A stretch of 54,996 nucleotides of DNA from Vitrella brassicaformis CCMP3155 (lineage: Eukaryota > Protista > Chromerida), in the NCBI GenBank assembly GCA_001179505.1, contig CDMY01000543.1, forward strand, positions 1-54,996. The letters are read 5' to 3'. A program made the position numbers and the translations under genes. Shown in pieces: positions 11,971 through 23,786 of the stretch; within the stretch, counting starts at the first letter, position 1; the number at the start of each line of letters is the position of its first letter. Under the pieces are notes generated by a model. That model was given only the letters and a program-made list of their open reading frames with translations. It did no database searches and had not been told where the DNA came from.

Positions 11971-13813
11971 ATGAAGCGTGGCTTCCTGTTGACAAAAGCC
12001 CAGCAGAGGGCCGCATCGACTCAGTCTGCCGAGGAATCAGTTAGTCCTGAGCCGAAACGAAAGGTACAACACACAATGACGTTCCTGAAATGCCCCTAAA
12101 TGACACAGTGCTCTGTCTGTGTTCACTCAGGCGAAGCCTCCTCCTCGTGTGTCTGCGGCCGTCAAACGGCACTATCCGCACCTCGAGCACGCCTGCGGCC
12201 GGCCACTTCTTCTGCTGCAAGCCTCCCTCGGCCCCTCGCTCTTCCTCACGCCCACCCCTGCCAAGGCCCGGTGTCTGGTCATCGACTGCGCCCACAGAAA
12301 CACCCGCCGTATGTGGGAAGCGGTTTCTCTCGAGGCGGCATACCAGTGGGGCATGGCTGCCAGGACTCTCGAGAAGATCGTCATCCGCTACCCAAAGCCA
12401 GCGGTTTCGCGGCGGGAGCGCAGCAATGCACCAATGTGGTGTATGGGCATGTGGGTGGCGATCCTAGAGGGGCATGCACACGGGCGGCAGCGGGCCGTCG
12501 CCGTGAAGAACAAGGCAGACAAGAAGGGCAAGGGCGAGATGGAGGCGACCGGCAGCAGCAGCAGCAGCAGCAGCAGCTCTCAAGCGGCGTCAGTGGCAGC
12601 TTGCGATGGGTCGCTGCGGGTGCTGGAGTTCGAGGCGGTGGACATGGGAGGGCCGCAGGAGTGGGAGAATGAGGACGACTACAATGTGCCATGCTCGGCC
12701 CCCTCTTCACAGCCCCTCCCTCCCAAGACTGATGGTGGTGTCCCTCCCCGCATCCTTCCCGTCCACCTGCCGGCCCTCACGGAGGTCCGCAACATGCCCG
12801 TCGAAGTCGCTGCTGTACGCATGGACCGCTCTTGGTGCGATCGATCGACACACTCCCACGAGAGTGAGGGATCAGGCGTCCCTGGTGTGTGTGTGTGTGT
12901 GTGTGTGTGCAGGCATACGCCTGGCATTCGAGTCTTCACCGTTGGCAGCCACCGCATCTACCCATCGGTCGAGCTGCTCTCGTGGGCGCGGACTAAGTCC
13001 CCGTTCCTGGAGCGCCACGTGGAGGAGCTCGCCCGCATCGTCCCCCGCGTCACCTATCAGGGCCGACCCGAACCACACCAGCCGGCCGCTACCGCCATGA
13101 CACGATCGACCTTCCCCCGAGCCGACTGCTTCCACCTAGCTGCCTATTCGCTGACGCGCTACACGATGCGCCGGGCGGTGTCCGTGGCGACGGCAATCGG
13201 CAAGACCTACATCCGCGTGTCTGGGGAGGAAGGGGAAGATGCGGCTCCCAGGGAATTGGCTGTCGAGTTCCTCAAGGCACTACAAGCAGCCCGGCTGAAC
13301 GAGGGCAGTGAGACGGCACTGGACGTCCACTATGCATTGTCGCTGGGCGGCGAGGACGTGGGATCCTTATGGGAGACGCATGCTGTCGAACTGTCCCCGA
13401 TCAGATGCCTGGAGCTGTGGATTACCGGTACGTACAGATACGTGGCTATGGAGAGGGTCCTGTGCATGTGTGTGGATGTGCGCCGCTCAGATACGTTTCC
13501 ACCGGGCGCCTGAGACAACGAGCGTCGGGCCTTCATCGAGACCGTCAGCAAGAACCTCCTGGCAATGCTCACGGCGTCCACCCGCCTCGGTGGCCATCGA
13601 GAGACGTACGTCCGCTTCTTCAGCCTCCGTGGAGATGTGCGTGACTATTTTGCGCGGCACCATCTGTCAGACGACTTCGACGAGACGCCTTACACATTCA
13701 CCTTTGATGGCACGTCCCTGAGCCTGCGCAGGCGCAGGTGGGGAAGCGAAGGAGGGAAGGGGAGGATGACTCATTGTCTTCATTGCCTCCTTTTGTGCAG
13801 GAGAGGCGTGTGA
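11971..13813 (+). pseudogene. Distant member of the LRR-like family, no TLDc end; one in-frame TGA at 13511-13513
   Basis: MKRGFLLTKAQ..|AKPPPRV. CLVIDCAHRNTRRMWEAVSLEAAYQWGMAARTLEKIVIRYP aligns with ELVIDYSNRRQRTFWESMAPQTAYELGKQMINLRCLIHRFP of copy 2, and it has HLPALTEV. The frame continues after DTFPPGA* as DNERRAFIETVSKNLLAML. Confidence 0.65.
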
Positions 13814-14228
13814 TTGAGAGCCATTATTTGGTGCGTCCAGTGCATGCCCCGTGCTCGAGTCATGCCTGTCTGTCTGTCGGAGACGCATGGATACAAAAGG
13901 GATTGTCCCTGTCGATCTCTGGGCAATCCTATTGGCTCGCTGCACATCTAATGGGGCAAACGCAGAGGAAGAGTGTTTTGTCAGGCGGGTGATTGGATAC
14001 ATCGCATTTCGTGTTTGGTTTTTGATCAGCCCATCAATGAATGGTCCATCCATCACACACGCACAGTCGCCAGGCTCAGCAGATCCTCGCACTCGTCACA
14101 CCACTCACACACACGCCAACCATCGAAACCACCACTCCCACCAAGCAGCACCCAGACCGCTATTGGGGCTGTGTGGCTTCATGCGCTGCACATGGCAGAG
14201 CTTGGCGGCAATGGCGGCAAGGCACGAG

Positions 14229-16752
14229 TCACACACGTTCATGAAGCCGCTGTGTCTCTTCCTGTGGGACATTTGCTCCTAAGGCGCCACACCTGGGCAA
14301 GGTCGGTGTAGCCTGCAAAGAGAAACAATGCAAATGTGCCTTTCCATCTCTGACAAGTGTACCGGCTAGGTGGTCGGGAGGCATAGAGTCCTCAGGCACG
14401 GCCGGGACGGGCGGATCTGCAAATGCACACATTTAGTGTGTGTGTATGTGTGCGTGTTGGTCTCGGTGCCCGTGTGTGTGCTGTCCTCACTCACCGTAGA
14501 TATGCAGCCGCACCCTCTTGACGATCGGCCCGCCCCTGTGCATATAGGCAGGGGATGCACATCAGGGCGTGGCGTGTATTGGATATGCACGTGGCGTGAC
14601 GTACCCGTATCGCGTCACCCAGAAGCGCCAAATGGAGGAGTTGACACCGCTGCACACATATAGATGGTACACTGATACGTCTGAATGCCTGTGTCGGTAT
14701 CGATAGTCTGTCGAACACACGAGGCCACTGCGCAGACTGTCCTGTAAGGAGGGAGGACATGTGCACTGATGAGCTTCGTCTGCTCGCGTATCTGTGTGTG
14801 AGTGCTCCTACCTGTCCGTCGAAGAACACCTCATTGGTGATCCGGCCAGGCAGGGGGCCCCTGCACACATTCACACAGATATACGTGTCGGTCGGCCTAG
14901 TGTGAGGGCGTGTACCGACCTCCTTCTGACGAATGTCTTTCAGGTGTCAATCCACTGGTTGTCGACCAAATAGTAGCACTCCTGCACACACACGGTAAAC
15001 GCACACACACGCCACGCTAGAGTGTGTTGATGGATGTGTTCGTACGGCGTATGTCGTGTCGTATTCCTTGATAAACGAAATCTCGTCATTTCTCCTGCGG
15101 CGTATGAGTTGCTGCATTGCACAAGTAAAGACGCCACACACGCTTGGATAGACCCGTCGACTACGTCACGGGGCATGTGTCTGTGCCTACCTCTTCTGAG
15201 GGTGTGGTTTCGATGATGGCTGTCGGGGCGTCCTCTTCTTTGACACCAACACCGTACATGGCCGCATTGATGTTGAAGGCCTCCTGCTCTCGGGCGTCGG
15301 CCATCTTGAGGGCAGCAGCCATGCAGGCCGCAGACGCGCCGAGCCGCTTGCGGCGATAGAAGTCGACCATGCGGCCGATGTGGTCGGGCTGCACCACCTC
15401 CACTGCAAGTGAGGACCACTTGGTGTGTGTATGCATCGATGGACGGACACGACTACGTGTGTGCATGTGTGTGCATGTGGATGTGTGTGTATCGTGCTTA
15501 CAGATCGAAGCGATGGCTGAGGGCGATGTCGCCCATCTCGTCAAGGGTGGACTGCACGGTGGAGATGACCTGGCCACACACCTCCACTGAACGAACAGCA
15601 TCGCCTCCACTCATGGGCAGCAGGAAAGGCGTGACAGCCTGACGCGCACACACGCACACACACAGTCAGCTAACACAGTGAGTGCATCAGATGACCATTT
15701 CTACCCACCCGGATTTCTTCATCAATCTTTGCGCGCCGTCTCTGGGCGTCCCGCAGCTGCTCCTCCAGCCGGGCCTTCTCAGCGAGGACCCCCTTCATGA
15801 CGGCATCGACCGTCTCGGCGCCGCTGTGTGTGGCCGTCACCTGCAGCTCTTGCACGGCACTGCTGGAGGCCTCAGCGGCCGTCTTATCGAGCGTCGACAT
15901 CATCCACCTGACCCAAAAGTCAGGAGTTCCGGTGTAGTCCCGCTTGGCCGCGTCGTCGAGCAGGTGGTCGACCGACGCCGCCTTGCCCGCACTGCGAATG
16001 GTTTCGGCATCGAGTATGGCCTTGTGGATGGTCTTGAAGGCCTCCGGGTCCATGTCAAGGAACACCCGCTGCGCATCGTCCTTGACCAGCCGGCTGTCCC
16101 AGCTCCCCGACAAGGGCGCCGCCAGGGGAGTCCCCTCCACGCCATCCCCCTGCGTCATGTGCCGCCGCGACACGCTCATCAGATGGCCGCCCACATTCAG
16201 CAGCAGCACGTCGTTTGTCGCCTCGGAGGTCGCAGGCGGGTCCAATGCGCCGTGCCTCTGCCTCTCATGCAGGGCATCGTCGTCAGCCTGGCGGATCTGG
16301 GCACGCAGCTCGATGATGGCGTCGCTGATAGAGGTCACGGGATCTCCCAGCTTCGAGAAGATAGCATGCACGCTGAAGTCTTGAGTCGCCGACTCAGCCT
16401 GACCCTCCATTGCCGCTGCACCTCCGTCCTGATCAGTTGCTGCAACTGCACGCAGCAAAGGAAACCAAGCAAAACGAAAATGGCCAGATCTGATCCATTG
16501 TCGGCCGCTCTGGCCTCTCGCACTTACCTCCAGTGCATTTGTTGCCCATATTGGCTTCGCACTCTCTTCCACTGCGAGCTTAGACAACGATCGGTCCGTT
16601 CTTCCGCCTGCGCTTGTGCTTCTCTCCCCAGACTCCATGTTTCTGCCGTCAGTGTCGATGCTGCAGCATAACCTCTCGTCAAACAGACGATGAAGGCCTC
16701 CTTCTCGCCGTTGGTCATTGCTATCATCATGACGCGCTTCCTCAGTGGTCAT
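14229..16752 (-). pseudogene. BTB/POZ-BTB-like plus DUSP-domain chimeric gene with inactivating lesions
   Basis: BTB-like LLLNVGGHLMSVSR...RVFLDMDPEAF, then a second degenerate BTB (VRSVEVCGQVISTVQSTL...DHIGRMVDFYRRKR). DUSP exons follow: ECYYLVDNQWIDT*KTFVRR, GPLPGRITN, LRSGLVCSTDYR, GVNSSIWRFWVTRYG, GGPIVKR. Lesions: AA instead of AG acceptor at 15421-15420, TGA at 14942-14940, AT instead of GT donor at 14700-14699. Confidence 0.7.
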
Positions 16753-17777
16753 GCAGCTGATGATGCCGGCTCTGAAGCGGTGTGCCCGAATCGGATGATG
16801 GGTGAGGACTCTCTGCGGCCATCGGAGTGTGCAGAAGAGGCGGCTGGCGATGCGATGGACAACCTGCGAGTGAGTGGGTCTGACGACAGGCGCGATGAGG
16901 GTGCGGGGGAGTTTCGGGCAAAGGAGGGGGGAGGGAAGGAGAAAGACAAAGATGCAATACCGCTGATCATTAAGGTGAGCTCTCTGAGGCAGACACATGC
17001 ACTCATTTCCTTCTGGATGGTGTGCTGTGGTGTGGTGTGGTATTTGTGTTTGCCCGTGTGTGTGTCATTCAGATAACAATGATCCTCACTGGCATTCTGA
17101 ATTTCATCCTGATGGTCGGCACGACCGTCAGTCTCATACAGAGCCTGTGAGTGATGGCCCTGGGCGGAGCAAGCCTTGTACAGGGAGAGTCATCGGCTTG
17201 CTGTGCTGTGAGCTCTGCTGTGCTGCTGTCGCCATCATGCCACTATGCGAGCAGTCGGTTTCTATTGGTCGGTTTGTCGGAAGCGTATCCGTCTTGTGTA
17301 CAATCGTGCGTTCATCTCATCCTGCTTGAGGGGGTGTGTAGTCCGTGTGTCTGTCTGTCTGTCTGTCTTTCTGTCTGTCTTGGTACAGCTGATGCTTCCT
17401 TCATGTGGTTGACAGACGTTTTCTTACTTCGTCTGGTTCATGCGAGTGTACGCGTAAGTGATGTGATGTGATGTGATGAAACAGACGTTTTGACTGCTGC
17501 ATCTGGAGACAGGATGCAGCACCTGAACACCCTGAAATGCTGCGCATCTTACAGCAGGGGGCTGGGTTTTTTCGTCATCATCGATGCACGATGGCCCTGG
17601 AGTCCATTGCAAAAACGGTGAGCCCTCGTAGATTGACTTCTGCATGTATCCGGAGAAAGCTTTAAGACACCAGCGCGTCTCAGGCTGCACCTGCATGCAG
17701 AGGCCCACTGGTGCCCACAGGTGCCCACATGCGACCAGCTTCTTCAAAGTTGTCTTTTTCCCGTCGTTCTCGTTTGC

Positions 17778-20601
17778 AATGCGGTTCTCTCGTCGTTCTT
17801 CCCGGCCAAGCTCTCGCAGCTGCAGCGGCCAGGCGGCAATGGAGGCCGAGGACTCCCCTGTCACGGATGCCACTGAGTCCTGTTCATCGAGCAGGGGCCA
17901 GTCCTTCAGATCTCGGCTGAGACAGCAGGGGATCAATCATGCACCGATGCGGCCCAAGGGGGGGACGCCGGGCGTCCCGCCCCTCCACATCTACGTCTCA
18001 CAGCCGTCTTTCCATCCTCCTGGCGATTTGCAGCGGCATCCGCATATCAGCAGTCCACCGTTTGCTCATTCATCGCCTGTCCGACCGCCCATCGCAGCGG
18101 CCGCACCGTCTCGTGCCTCTGCCCCTGTGGCCCTCCCCCTCCCTCCTCCAGCCACTGGATGCCCGGCTGCTGCTGTCCCCGCGCACGCAACGGCCACCCC
18201 GTCCTTTGCCCCACAGGCGCCGGTGGGGCAATTCAGAGTGTCCCACCAGCAGCCCTCTTCGCCGCCTGGCTTCCCCTCCCCCAATGCCGCAGGCGCAGTG
18301 GTGCCGAACAAAGTGCTCATGAGTCCATGGAGGATGGCTCAGCCCTCGGCAGCAGCCTGTGCCGTCCCTGTGAGGCCTGAGAGGCAGCTGGGGCTGGGTG
18401 AGGGCCCGGGAAAGGACGACAGTGTCCTGAAGGAGCTCATGCAGAGAAAGGAGAAGGTGTTTGGCCATCTGCAGCAGCTCGCACAAGACTTCAGGTCGAC
18501 GCTGGACCGGAATCGGCGGGTCACTCCATCCCCCAGCAACCATTCGTTGTCTCTTTCCCTGACGGATCAGAACAGCTGTCTCTCCAAGATATCGTCGCTC
18601 GTGCTGCCCTCGAGACGGCAGATGTCCCCAGCACCAACACCAGCACCAATACCGACTCAGATCCATGCGACCACTCCTTCCTTTGAGTCGCCGGTTCTAA
18701 GGCGGAAGGTCACTCGAGACGTCGCTCTGGGCCCTGATGAGAAGGATCGACTTATGTTCTTGCTGGGGGAGAGGCGAAGCACAGAGACACAAACCGAAGT
18801 GGACGAGCCGGCTCGAAGAGACAGTTCAGAAGAGAGCTCGCAGGACGAAAGGACGTCATCGATGCTGTGGGAGGTGCGGCTGGCCGAGAAAGAGGCTGAA
18901 GTCGCCAAACAGCTGGTGGAATCTTCCCGATACCGGGAAGCGCTGGGGCAAGTTCAAATCGTGGTGAGAGATCTGATGAAGAGACTCGAGCAGGGGCTGC
19001 TAGCCGGAAACGAGGCTGACGTCAAATGGGACGCACTGGTGAGATCAATGGCATAGGTCTCTGCCCTTTATGTGTGCGTTTCTACATCCGCACTTTGCTG
19101 TCTTTTGGCCAGAATGAAATTCACCGCCAGCTGTCGTCCTTGGGTTTTGACGACCCAAACGCCCTCGAGAGGCTCGACGTGGACCTCAAGGCCCACATCC
19201 ACTCCCTCCTCTCGCAGAATGAGCGCCTCATCAAGGCCAAGATCGGCGCACAGCTTCTCCAAGTCTCATCTTCGCCAGACAGCCGCCCTCTTAAGAAGAG
19301 CCGCATCGTTGAAATGATGGAGGGCAAACCATCGAGAGAGATGCGAGCGCTCGAGCCGGCATGCGAGCCTTCCCCAGTGTGGCGAGAACAGGAAGCTCCC
19401 GCTCTCAATGCCCATGCAGATGTCCGCACTCAGCCCATGCAGCACACGGATGTCAGTCCATCGGCCCAAGCGCTTCTGAAGCCCAAGCCGTCCCCCGAGA
19501 TGCCGCCGGCTCCCTCTCCCCCTCCATGTCTCTCGCCAATGTCTCCGTCGAGCCCATGCCGACTGAGCCCCCCACTCCCGCCCAGCAGACGGCACGAGAC
19601 ACCACAGCCGAGGAACATTGAGAGACACAAGGAGGAAAATTATGGCGATCTGGTCCGCATGGCGACTTCCGCGCTTGAGGACTCGATCGCAGATGAGGAG
19701 AGGAAAGAGAAGATATGGGCGGCCGATTGCATTCTGGAGGAGCTGCACGCGTTGAGAAGGGACATGGACGACCTGCGGTCGATGCAGAGGATGGAGGAGG
19801 CCAGGAGGAGGGAAAGGCCTGGACACCAGACCGATACAGCTGCCGCGAGAGGAGGGATGGAGGATCTTTGGGCCTTAATGAGGCAGCACAACGATGAGGA
19901 GCAGCCGGAGTATTGGGAAGACCGACGCGTCAGCCCCGCTGACTCTGTCCACTCGCCTGTCTTCGGGCATCCCACACTGATGTCGCCTGTGTCTCGTGAA
20001 TCGTCAAGGGACGAAGGGAGAGCCGTCGAGACACACGAACAGCCACACAATTCGGTACGACTGGAAGAAAGAAAGCGACACGAGAAAGCGAAAAGCAATG
20101 TGTGTGTCTTGTTGCTGCAGCATGAAGACAGCTCACGGACCTCCAGTGTGTCGTCACCGCACCATCGGCAGCAAGAGGTAGACAACAAAGGAGACACACC
20201 CAAGCCTAGCTGCGAATGTGCGTGTGTGTCCCTCACCAGGTCTCCCGGCCCGTCTTTGCTGCCCCATTTTGTCCTCCCCCCATCAAGGCGTTACACTTGT
20301 ATCCGAGACGGGGCAGCAGCGCGTCACGTGTGGGCAAGATAGTCGCGGTCAACCGGCCGATGCCGCCACCGCTGTTCGACGTGCGGTGTTTGCTGGGTTG
20401 CAATGGCGAGAGGGGGGACCACCTGCAGGTGAGCTGGGTGGGGGAGGAAATATCTGCCTGTGTGTATGTTGGATTGTGTGTGTGTGTGTGTGGGTGGGTG
20501 TGGGTGTGTGGGTGTTGATGCAGGGGTCGTTTCTGCCTGCTCATGGCGATGCGATGGGTTCGTCCGAGGCGTGTGAGTGGACATTTCGAATGAGGGGATG
20601 A
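17778..20601 (+). CDS. Hypothetical Pro/Ser-rich protein with predicted coiled-coil segments; 3' exons uncertain
   Basis: Two long ORFs (17644-19056 and 19026-20342) join through a phase-0 GT-AG intron of about 19039-19110. Heptad-like stretches (ELMQRKEKVFGHLQQLAQDF; EVRLAEKEAEVAKQLVESS...DLMKRLEQG). No family recognised. Confidence 0.7.
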
Positions 20602-21163
20602 CGGGATGGTTGATGAGGTCATGTGTGTGAAAGCTGCCGAGGGGCAGCCCATCAATGGCGTGGTGTGGTGTGGCTTTGCGGGGTCGCTTATACCAACTGT
20701 GGCTTTGCAGACAGACAAGCAGCAATTCACACACACAGAGACAGTCACGCAAGGCATGTACTAAGCACGCCCGACTGAATGTGCGAAGCCGCCGTGAATG
20801 CTTATCAGCATCGAGTGCACTTGGTCGAGCTGCACAAGATGTCGACGCACATTCATGACATGGGCGGCTCGGTTGGTTGCCGTCCATCGATACGTTGCGC
20901 CCACACTAGTGCGTGCCAGGTGTGAGTGTCACGACCAGACTCGTCAAGAAACAACGCATCCTGGCAGCACCGTAACATCGCTCGCAAAATCCTATGTACA
21001 CATGCATGTATCGCAACTCGAGCCACAAGACGCGGGCGGGCTCCTTCTCAAGCACGTCCACGCACCCACACAACGCAATACAACACAATACAATGCAATG
21101 CACACATGTGAGTCGCTGCTACTCATGGCTACTGTCTTCTCCTTCTCTCGTCGATGTTATTTA

Positions 21164-23387
21164 TCATTGCTCGTACTCGGTGTGCAGCACCTCCACGTCG
21201 TCAATCTGGAAGTGGTAGCTGCCTCCCAGCACCGCGTCGCCGTCAAACGTGTCAGACACAGCACCCTCGTACCCATCCGGCACCTGACAGACAGACAGAC
21301 ACCCATACACACACCATGCCAATAAATACCCTGTGTGGTGGCCTCCTTGCCTCCTTCCTTGTTGAGCTGCCTACGTCGTAGTGTGCGATGCCCTGCAGGC
21401 AGCTGCGGAGGTCCGTCGACTCATCCGCGCCGTCGCCCGCATTGGCCATCGTGTGTGCGAAGCGGAGGTACCCGTTGGTAAGTCGGTAGCTCTGGTGGAG
21501 CGCCTTGCCGATCACCTGCTTGACACATGGCGAATTCATTGACGGCATCCATCGTGTAAGATCTTCTCCTACCAGCTTGGCCTTGCCCATGTTAGCCGTG
21601 TCAAACGCGTCAGTGCCCGCCACCCACACACGGTGGCGGTTGGCGGCGATGGGAATCTTGGTGCAGCCCTCATCAAAATGACCTACACACACATACGCGC
21701 ACACACGCGATGCTATCGGTGCTGTGAAGCTTTGGCCGTGTGGCTGTTTCTGGATGGATGGATGGACCCACCTTCGAGTGAGAAGAAGAATACGGGGCAT
21801 TCGTAGGTGTTGACCGTCGTGGAGTCGGCCGGGGGCGTCAGACCGCCATCGACATGGCAGCCGAAGAGGTACTCGTCCTTGCGAATGATGAACGCGAGGC
21901 CCTTGGCGTCACCCACACACTCGAGCAGCTTGCTCAACGCCCAACCGTGCTCTCCACCTCTGCATCAGACACAGGCACACAACACGCATCAGTGTGACCA
22001 CTCCACCTGCTGCCCACTTTCCCCTTCTCTCTCGCTGCATGACCCATCTCACTCACGCACCTGTACAGAACTCTCACACTGGCCACCTTTTTGCTGTCGA
22101 CCATGCGGACCACATCCATGAGCTGCGATGCGGATGCCAGGCTGGAGGGGTTGGCCATGAGGGAGGCGCCCAGCTTGAGCATGGGCTCCAGCGTCATGCC
22201 GCAGCGCTCGACGACGAACTTGAGCGATCGGTTGAGGGGGCGGGGCGCGTGTGGGGGGTCGATGACGGTGCTGGGCGCGGACAGTCGCTGGCGGCGGGCG
22301 AAGTCGATGGCGCTCTGGAAATGCGATGGCGAGGTCTCAGTCACGTCGCCTACCCACCTGCAGGAGACACACACGGCACACAACACAATACAATACACCA
22401 AATGGACGGAATTGCCCCTCCCTCATTTGTTGCCTGCCTCCCTCTCCTCCGTTGTTCTCGTACGTGGTGTTGAATCGATGGTGCAGTGCCCGGTGAATGT
22501 TGGGCTGCGTCAGTGTGGCCTCGACCGTCGCACACAGGTGGGACCGCACCCTCACACACATGACCTCCCCCGTCCCACCCGTCGTGAGGTAGCCCCCTAT
22601 CGTCTCGTACAACTTGGTGACGGCCGCCGCGATGCGCTGCGTCTTCTTCAGGGCGCTCCTAAATGCATCGGCCGTGCTCTCCATGCCCGCATCCCTCGCC
22701 CACCGGAGGAACTGCCGCTCCTCCACCCCCTCCCCCGCATCCTCCCCCGCCGCCTCGGTCTCCATCTCCTCATCATCGTCAAGCACCAGCTTGTTGTCGA
22801 TCAGTGCCTCGTGGTAGAACCGGATGGACACATCCTCACTCTCGTCACCCGTCAGGTCGGTCACGAACCGCCCGTCGCCTTGCGCCATGGCGGCGCGGTC
22901 CTCCAACCACAAACCGAACGACGGACTGGCGTCCAGGAACGGCAGCGGGCGGCCGTCGGGTGTCGTCTGCTGGGCCTGAATGATCCGGGGGAGGGCGTCG
23001 GTGTGGCTGCAAACATAACAAGTAGTGACATAGAAAACGATGAGCCTCTCTCCACACCATTATGTGGACGTACCGGAGCAGCAGGATGGAGCAGTAGGTG
23101 TCGCGGATGCCGTCCATCTTCAATGCGTCGGCGCCAATGACCACCGTGCGCCCTCCAACGTTCACGTACATGTCCCCCGTCACCGCTTCAAGTGCGTTGT
23201 CGTCGAAGAGCGTGCCTCTGTGTCGGCCGATCTTGTCTGCGATGCCATCCACGACGCTCTTGACCTGGCTCATGCCGTCGGCTGATGAGGACGCTGCCGA
23301 ACGGGAGAGGGCCTCGCTGAGGGAGGAGGAGGCCTGCTGGGCGGTCTGGACAGAGGATTGCAGGATGCTGTTGAGTGATGACGCCAT
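21164..23387 (-). CDS. BTB/POZ (KCTD-like) x2 plus TLDc-like domain protein
   Basis: ATG 23387. BTB-like MYVNVGGRTVVIG...LPFLDASPSF; linker VIDPPHAPRPLNRSLKFVVERCGMTLEPMLKL; TLDc-like VLYR|GGEHGWALSKLLECVGDAKGLAFIIRKDEYLFGCHV...FFFSL...FQIDDVEVL. Stop 21166-21164. No lesion seen. Confidence 0.8.
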
Positions 23388-23786
23388 CTTGTAGGCGAGT
23401 CTGACTGGAGCTCGGAAATTTGCAATCGCAGGATCACAGACGACGATGGCACTGCAGAAAGACAAGCTGCACTTCGAGAGCCCCTTGCGAACGCCGTTCT
23501 GTCTTCTGGGCTCCTAGGGTGCTTCACGAAACCGCTGCTGCGATGATGATGATTGCATATCCTCCTCTCTGCTGCATCTGCCCTCTGCGTGCTGCGTGTT
23601 GCGTGTCCGGGTTGCATGTTAGGGTGCCTGTTTCATGTTGGACAGACCGACAGGGGACTTGGCCGTCAGGCCACCTAGGGTGCTCCCTGAAACCGCTGCT
23701 GCTGCGAGCTGAGAAAGATTTCCGCGCGGTTTTCGTCAGATCCCCTTGTCACCTGAGAAGAAGTCGCACTCACTCACCCAACCGCA

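Noticed and set aside
14640-14700. Possible U12 AT-AC intron, since the intron starts AT
   Set aside because: It lacks the ATATCCTT consensus and ends in AG. A mutated GT donor is more likely.
13511-14942. UGA-to-Trp recoding suggested by two in-frame TGAs, one at a conserved DUSP Trp
   Set aside because: TGA ends intact genes here (TypA, RPS3, DUS1, GPAT), TGG is used freely, and the DUSP gene has other lesions.
17424-17700. Exon-like minus-strand stretch (VQPETRWCLKAF...FLQWTPGP)
   Set aside because: No in-phase partner exons or family similarity could be established.
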